In this document: in pieces, positions 6,913 through 12,298 of the stretch
How positions within the stretch are numbered: the stretch's first letter is position 1
Layout of the letters: every line of letters begins with the position of its first letter
NCBI GenBank assembly: GCA_054661495.1
Contig: BAAFSQ010000293.1
Location: 1 to 12,298, forward strand
Length of the DNA stretch: 12,298 nt
DNA from: Zygophlyctis sp. KS116
Taxonomy: Eukaryota > Fungi > Chytridiomycota
Direction: 5' to 3'
Made by a program: the position numbers and the translations under genes
The notes under the pieces: model-generated
Databases searched by the model: none
Seen by the model: the letters and a program-made list of their open reading frames with translations, nothing else
What the model was told of the DNA's origin: nothing

Positions 6913-9704
6913 ATCATAAAAACACTTTAGGACAATTGGATAAGGAAAATTCACTTAAAAGTGAAGGAATCGGGACTACACAAGTTGATAATTTAATTTT
7001 GAAAAATTGTTTGTATGTGCCAGATGCCGGTTACAATTTGATATCAGTATCTAAATTGATTAAAGAAGGATATGAAGTTACATTTGAAGAACATAAAGCT
7101 CACGTAAAATCTAGAGAGACAAACGTTTCTTTTATTCAGTCAAACAATATTTACGTCTTATCGCAAGAACGAGCAATGATTTCAGGTACAAAAGATATAT
7201 TACATAGACGGTTTGCGCACTTAAATTGCAAAATGTTAAAGTTTATGGTTGATAAAAATATGGTTGAAGGAATTAATGGGTGGAAAAACTTAGAAAATAA
7301 TTTTTGTGATGTTTGTCATTTGGCGAAAATGTCTAGAAAACAATTCAAAACGAAAAATATAGAAGAGTTTGAAAAATTAGATATTATACATGCGGATTTA
7401 TGTGGACCTCTCCCCAGATCTCTTGGAGATAATAAGTATTTTCTTCTATTAACCGATGAAAAAACAAGATTTCGATGGATATATTTCTTAAAAACTAAAG
7501 ATCAAACGTACAATTTAATGATAAAGTTTATTACGCTGGTTAAAAATCAGTTTCAGAAGTGTTTTAAATTTTTAAGAACAGATAATGGTGGGGAATTTAT
7601 ATCATATGCAAGTCAATCATTATTAGAACAAAACGGAATTATTCATGAAAGGACAGTGGTGTATACACCTCAGCAAAATGGAATTTCTGAGAGAGGAAAT
7701 AGGATAGTAGTGAATATGATACGATGTATGCTAGTTGATTCAAATTTATCATATGTATTTTGGGCTGAGGCAGCTCAAACAGCCATTTTTATATTAAACA
7801 GAAGTTTTACTCATGTGTTGAAAGATAAAACACCCTTTGAAGCGTTATTTGGATCTAAGCCAAATATTCAACATTTAAAAGTTTTTGGCTCAAATTGTAT
7901 CTTTAAGGTTCATGATGATATTCGGAAAAAGTTGGATCCAAAAGGAAAGTTTGGAATATTTTTAGGATATGAAGGAAATTCTATTTTTAGAGTCTACGAT
8001 CAGGAAAAATCAATAGTTATACGAACAAGAGATATAGTTGTTAAAGAAGGAGATTTCACTCGCAGAGTGAACATTGATGATCAAGATGTTATTGTTGTGA
8101 AGGATACAGACAATGAAGATATTGAAATTTATGATGGAATTGATCAAGTATTATTAACAGTTGATGGTTATCCGGAAACATATGATGAAGCTTTAAAAGA
8201 GGACACAAATTGGAAGGAGGCAATCAAAAAGGAATATCAAAGTTTAATCGACAATCAAACTTGGGTATTAGTAGAAAGACCGAAAAACAGAAAAATTATT
8301 AAAGGACGTTGGGTATTCGTAAAGAAATTTAAATCGGATGGATCTTTGGAGCGCTATAAAGCACGATGGGTAGCTAAAGGCTACACACAAGTAAAAGGAG
8401 TTGATTATTTAAATGTCTTTTCACCTACAGCTAGGAATACTACTTTGAGGATGATAATAAGCATAATAATTCAAAGGGGATTATATTCGGGACATTTTGA
8501 TGTCGAAACGGCTTATCTAAATGGTATATTACAAGAAGAGATCTATATGGACCAGGTTATTGGATTCGAAGATGGAACAGGAAAAGTTTGTTTATTAAAG
8601 AAGACTTTATATGGGTTGAAACAAGCTGGAAGAGAATGGAATAAGCGAATCACAGATTTTTGGATTGGTAGAGGATTCAAATCAACAATAATGGATCCAT
8701 GTTTATTTTTTGGAGAAAAAAATGGAAAATTAATACTTATTTTAGTATATGTTGATGATCTAATAGTTGCTGTTGAAAATGAAGGAGATTTGGAATATTT
8801 AGCAAATGAATTAAAAAAGGAATTTATCATTAAAAATCTAGGAAAATTATCTTATTATTTGGGCTGGAAAATTGAAATAGATGATGGGATTGCAAAGATA
8901 TCACAAAGTTCATATAGGAAAAAAGTATTGCGAAGATTTAAAAAATATCGCTACGGTCGAGGATTGTCACCGATAACAAAGATTCTTAATGGGGAAGAGT
9001 CAGGAGATGAAACATATCCATTTCAAAGAATTCTGGGCAGTTTGATGTACTTAGCCACATCTACAAGACCTGATTTGACTTTTGGAATTTCATTTTTATC
9101 TAGATGCATGAAAAAACCGAAAAAGGAAGATCAGATGATGTTAAATGGAGTTCTAACGTATTTAGAGAAAAATGGGAACTTAGGATTGGAATATAAAAGA
9201 AAGAATGGGTTAAATCTTAATGAAGTAGAAGTTACTCTTTATTGTGATTCTGATTGGGCTGGTGATAAACAAGATTGTGCATCTACGTCAGGATATGTTT
9301 GTTTTTTAAATGGAAATTTAATTAGTTGGAGATCAAAAAAACAAGATCGAACAGCTCAAAGTTCGACTGAAGCAGAATACATAGCTCTATTTCATGGTAT
9401 ACAAGAGGCTATATGGGTAAAACAATTAATTGAAGAATTGGGATTTAAAGTAAAAGATGGATTTGTCAAGATTTATCAAGATAATAAGGGAGCAATCAAT
9501 CTAGCAGAAAATGCAGTCTACAGTCCCAGGACAAAGCATGTTGATATAAAATATCATTTTATTAGACAAGCAGTGGCTAGAGGAGAGATTAAGTTGGAGT
9601 ATATTGGAACCGAAAATATGAAGGCTGATGGACTTACGAAAGCTGTTAGTGGAGGTAGATTGAAGAAATTATTATTCGATGTGGATCTTGAAGGAGCAAG
9701 TTAG
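6913..9704 (+). CDS. pol: Element A gag-pol, 3' part: protease C-terminal half, integrase, RT and RNase H. The ORF-track start at 6936 is an internal TTG
   Basis: NLISVSKL; LHRRFAH...CDVC; HADLCGP, RTDNGGEF, QNGISER (D-35-E); GIFLGY; YKARWVAKG; LYGLKQ; YVDD; YCDSDWAG, STEAEY, ADGLTK. Confidence 0.95.
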
Positions 9705-9807
9705 TCGGATAAGTCAAAGCTATTGATCTTTTCCCATTTGACTAGTAAAATTGTGTTATTATGGGTTTTTATCGATCTTTAGTGGGGCATATATAAAACA
9801 TCTCAAC

Positions 9808-9816
9808 GAGAGGGGG
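9808..9816 (+). promoter_or_regulatory. Polypurine tract of element A
   Basis: GAGAGGGGG immediately before TGTTGG, about 100 bp after the pol stop. Confidence 0.88.
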
Positions 9817-10016
9817 TGTTGGAGATTCTAGGTCAAGGGGAAGGAATCTCAAATGGCGCAGATAAGTTTTATATGTGGCGTATTTTTTTTACGGAGTTTA
9901 GAATAGAATCATTGATAGAAGATTATTACAAATGAGAAATGGAAGAGTTTTAAGATCAAGATCGGTTGGAGTACCTAGTAGAATACCTAGAGCTATTGGG
10001 GTTCAAATTCCTAACA
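9817..10016 (+). repeat. Element A 3' LTR (about 200 bp; right end inferred)
   Basis: Starts TGTTGGAG after the PPT and ends TTCCTAACA, an imperfect inverted terminus. The partner LTR is outside the window, so the end is unverified. Confidence 0.68.
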
Positions 10017-10081
10017 TTTCCATCAAAGACATTCCCACCTACGCCTACTGACTTCAGGAAATCCTGAACCGATTTAAGGGT

Positions 10082-10094
10082 TGGGCCCATAACC
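10082..10094 (-). promoter_or_regulatory. Half-tRNA-iMet primer-binding site of element C
   Basis: GGTTATGGGCCCA directly after CA. It is complementary to the initiator-Met anticodon arm (UGGGCCCAUAACC), the PBS type of Drosophila copia. Confidence 0.85.
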
Positions 10095-10197
10095 TGAGGA
10101 ACCTCAGTCACGCTATACGTTTAACCGGTCCTAAACCTCCAGTCATGACGAATGACTCCACGCGGTCAAGCCATTCTCCGAAGAACGTAACCCAACA
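10095..10197 (-). repeat. Element C 5' LTR (103 bp)
   Basis: TG...CA on the minus strand, starting TGTTGG and abutting the PBS; visibly more GC-rich than its flanks. Confidence 0.68.
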
Positions 10198-10300
10198 AAA
10201 AGTTTGGTTTCCAAGAATCAAGAATTATTTCAATGCATTTGATCTCTCTCAGTCAGTCATTTATAAATCAAATCAATTTTCTGTTATTTATTCAAATTAA

Positions 10301-10885
10301 TCAAATCAATTTTCTCTTTTTTAATTCCTTTTGAAAGCCGTCTAAAGATAAATTCTCTGCTTTTCTTTTTTGCTCTAGCAAATCAACTGCCTCTTCATCA
10401 GTAGCATTTTTGCTTGCAAATATTCTTTCCTTCACTGCATTGATTAATATTTTTCTTCTGCTAACAGCTTTGGCGATAGTATTCTTGCCCTTTCTCCATT
10501 GGGGATAGTTCTCCTCCATGTGCTTCAGGGAGGGTAATCCATTGATTCCATTTGTCCACTCTCTCCATACTTCATGTAGAGTAGATAAATTTTTGTTTAG
10601 CTCGAATCTTGTCCAGCAGGAAGAGTTATTAGGAACATGTTGTATAGATCTTTCTACTAACTCTTCCTGCGCCTGAGATTCCTGAGCTTGAGAATGTTCA
10701 TTAAGCGGCTCTATACTGCTGATTGCATCCTGAATATGACTATGTCTAACAAATTGACCATTGACAGTGAGAGAAATATTCCCCAAACAAAAATCTTGAA
10801 TCTGAGTTGATAAAAAGTCGGTTTTTTTTTCTAGATTTTGAATTTTCATAGTTATATCTGAATGATTGGCTTTAAAAGATTCCAT
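10301..10885 (-). CDS. GCR1_C (Gcr1/Msn1/Hot1-type) DNA-binding domain region of the Crypton gene; the exon actually begins at 10960
   Basis: VWREWTNGINGLPSLKHMEENYPQWRK motif; the frame is open upstream to the AG acceptor at 10961. Confidence 0.8.
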   Translation of the reverse strand: MESFKANHSDITMKIQNLEKKTDFLSTQIQDFCLGNISLTVNGQFVRHSHIQDAISSIEPLNEHSQAQESQAQEELVERSIQHVPNNSSCWTRFELNKNLSTLHEVWREWTNGINGLPSLKHMEENYPQWRKGKNTIAKAVSRRKILINAVKERIFASKNATDEEAVDLLEQKRKAENLSLDGFQKELKKRKLI

Positions 10886-10960
10886 TAGTTCTGGATATGC
10901 TGCCTTAGCAGATCCAAAGAGCGCCTCATTTTCGGTTTCTTCGTTGACTGATTCAAGAAC

Positions 10961-10988
10961 CTATTCATTAGAGTTATAAGTTATTAAC
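10961..10988 (-). other. 28-nt spliceosomal intron
   Basis: GTTAATAACTTATAACTCTAATGAATAG: GT-AG ends and a CTAAT branch point. Removal joins FKEK to VLESVNEE...PELMESFK in frame. Confidence 0.82.
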
Positions 10989-11354
10989 CTTCTCTTTAAA
11001 ATTTTTAAAAAGATCTCCTTGAAAAAGCTGATGTTTCCAAATATATAAGCCAGGGTGTTTTTGAGTTAACAGGGCTGCATCCTGAAGTAAAACCGTGCGC
11101 AAATGTTTCAATAGATTAATATGACCTTTCGTAGCATTACAAAATGTCGAATTATTCTCTAAATTATTCTCTAATTCTATTAATAATTTGAGTTCGATGG
11201 GAGGCTCAACGTAGCGCTTCAAAAAATATGAGCCAGGCGTTCCAGGGAAACCAGCAAGAGTGCGAATCGCTGACCAAGGCAAATTAGTGATGTAAGCATT
11301 CATCATCACGTCTCCATTCCATCTGCCCATTTGTCTAATCACGTCATATTCCAC
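10974..11354 (-). CDS. Tyrosine recombinase / NDC10-II C-terminal portion of the Crypton gene (exon fragment)
   Basis: GRW...AY...LP...LAGF and LRTVLLQDAA motifs. Confidence 0.78.
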   Translation of the reverse strand: MEYDVIRQMGRWNGDVMMNAYITNLPWSAIRTLAGFPGTPGSYFLKRYVEPPIELKLLIELENNLENNSTFCNATKGHINLLKHLRTVLLQDAALLTQKHPGLYIWKHQLFQGDLFKNFKEKVNNL

Positions 11355-11599
11355 ACCTGAATCAATTAAATGCTGAATCAGCTAGATTTCTGGCTGCAAC
11401 ACCTCGAGGCGCATGTGTTTTCTTTTTTGATTTTATTCCCACTGCTGCAAAAGCTCTTTTGAAGCCGTCATATTGAGCTGTTGACCCAATTGATTTAAGT
11501 TCATCTTGAAATTCATCAGGCTTGAGCTCCTTCATTTTTTTTAAAGACTCTCTCCCTGGAAGTAATGGAATGTTATACCTGTGATTTCAGCTATATATA

Positions 11600-12298
11600 C
11601 AGTATGTATTACGCGAAAGTAACCTCCGAATAAATAGATTTTATTTAATTTAATACTTTGTAGGTCTTCCACTTAGCCGAATGACTTCTTCCAATCGTTT
11701 TTGAACACTATTGGCAAGGTTTCCCACTATTTCCTCGTCGACTGCATCCCACACCTTAAAGATTTGTTCGATTAACTCATCCTTGTTGCAGGAATCCCAA
11801 ATAATTTATATCTTCTGGCCTTTATTATGGCCCATAAATTCTCGATTGGGTTCATATCTGGAGATTGAGGTGGCCATTCCAGCACTGAAACACCTTTTTG
11901 GCTTAGAAAATCACTGATTAATTTCGTCTTGTGGCATGGCGCGTTATCTTGCATAAACACCATATCTACATCAAAATATCTTTTAGCAGCCACGATTTCA
12001 GGCAGTAAGTGTCTTTTAAGCATAGCCTTATAAGTATGTTGATTTTGGGTACCTTCCACAACTACAAGAGGCCCCAACCCCCAATTGGAGAAGCAGCCCC
12101 AAAACATAACCGAGAAACCACCTTGCTGAACTTGAGGATTTACCGGCCGATTTTCCTTTGGTACACTTGAATGAATTCTGTAGCACATATCTTGACCTTT
12201 GGGCATTCTTCTAACAGTAGTTTCATCAGACCAGATTGTAGTTCGAATCAACTCCTGCACGTTCCCTATATTTCTCTTTGCAAATTCAACCCTCCTGG
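11600..12298 (-). mobile_element. Tc1-family DNA transposon, 3' part (runs off the window); candidate TIR starts CAGTATGTATTACG at 11600 after TA (11598-11599)
   Basis: TA-CAGT is the typical Tc1 terminus and lies 50 bp past the reconstructed transposase stop. The second TIR is not in the window. Confidence 0.82.
11650..12298 (-). pseudogene. Tc1 DD34E transposase catalytic domain with a 1-nt deletion frameshift near 11782
   Basis: RVEFAK...IWSDET...VMFWGCF...FMQDNAPCH-(34)-SPDMNPIENLW. The C-terminus DELIEQIFKVWD...RLSGRPTKY* is in another frame and ends at 11650. Confidence 0.9.

Larger units (their letters stand above)
1..10016 (+). mobile_element. Ty1/copia LTR retrotransposon A (outer; 5' LTR and PBS lie left of the window; interrupted by element B)
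   Basis: Domain order gag-PR-IN-RT-RH across 24-1272 and 6913-9704. PPT GAGAGGGGG (9808-9816) is followed by a TGTTGG... LTR start. Confidence 0.93.
10017..10197 (-). mobile_element. 5' end of a third Ty1/copia element (C): LTR, PBS, leader and possible first gag codons, cut off by element A
   Basis: Minus strand reads TGTTGGG...TTCCTCA, then GGTTATGGGCCCA, a leader of about 50 nt, then ATGTCTTTGATGGAAA (10032-10017). Confidence 0.72.
10301..11578 (-). pseudogene. Crypton (CryptonF-like) tyrosine recombinase / NDC10-II domain plus C-terminal GCR1_C domain gene, 3' exons (11578-10989 and 10960-10301), frameshifted by a 16-nt insertion
   Basis: YNIPLLPG...KKTHAPRG (H-x-x-R, 11415-11404)...IRQMGRWN..MMNAYITNLP..AGF...VLLQDAA, then STLHEVWREWTNGINGLPSLKHME...WRK...SRRK (GCR1_C-like). 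Confidence 0.82.

Noticed and set aside
6936-6938. TTG start of a stand-alone 922-aa pol gene
   Set aside because: It is an internal Leu codon of element A's interrupted gag-pol; the frame continues back to the TSD.
973-8830. Short alternate-frame or antisense ORFs (973-1161, 1874-2059, 2319-2528, 3430-3612, 4171-4389, 8543-8830)
   Set aside because: All are 60-95 aa shadows of gag/pol with no recognisable motifs.
10070-10130. tRNA-iMet gene around GGGCCCATAACC
   Set aside because: No D-arm, T-arm or acceptor stem in the flanks; only the PBS-length match is present.
9817-10197. A single 381-bp 3' LTR for element A (TGTTGG...CCAACA is a perfect 6-bp inverted terminus)
   Set aside because: A 13-nt iMet PBS abutting CA on the minus strand, an internal CCTAACA end at 10016 and a shift in base composition fit two opposed elements better. 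It cannot be fully excluded without the 5' LTR.
11357-11373. Tiny GC-AG intron explaining the Crypton frameshift
   Set aside because: The GC...AG segment is 17 nt and leaves the wrong frame; the frame-restoring 16-nt segment has no valid splice ends.
11711-11917. 68-aa plus-strand ORF
   Set aside because: Antisense shadow of the Tc1 transposase, with a TTG start and no motif.

Overview
AT-rich eukaryotic window (probably fungal-type) made almost entirely of transposons. A structurally complete Ty1/copia LTR retrotransposon (element B, 1273-6907) has identical 306-bp LTRs and a TAAAT target-site duplication. It is inserted into the protease region of a second copia element (element A, from left of the window to 10016), whose single gag-pol ORF is restored in frame when B is removed. 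Element A in turn appears to interrupt a third, minus-strand copia element (element C), visible as a 103-bp LTR plus a half-tRNA-iMet primer-binding site. The right end holds a decayed Crypton-type gene (tyrosine recombinase/NDC10-II plus GCR1_C) with a 28-nt intron, and a frameshifted Tc1 (DD34E) transposon that seems to sit in another intron of that gene. The most unusual signals are both in element B. Its primer-binding site is complementary to the anticodon arm of tRNA-Asn(GUU), implying half-tRNA-Asn priming. Its gag/pol junction ends in UUU-UAA with pol in the +1 frame, either a shifty-stop frameshift or a homopolymer indel.
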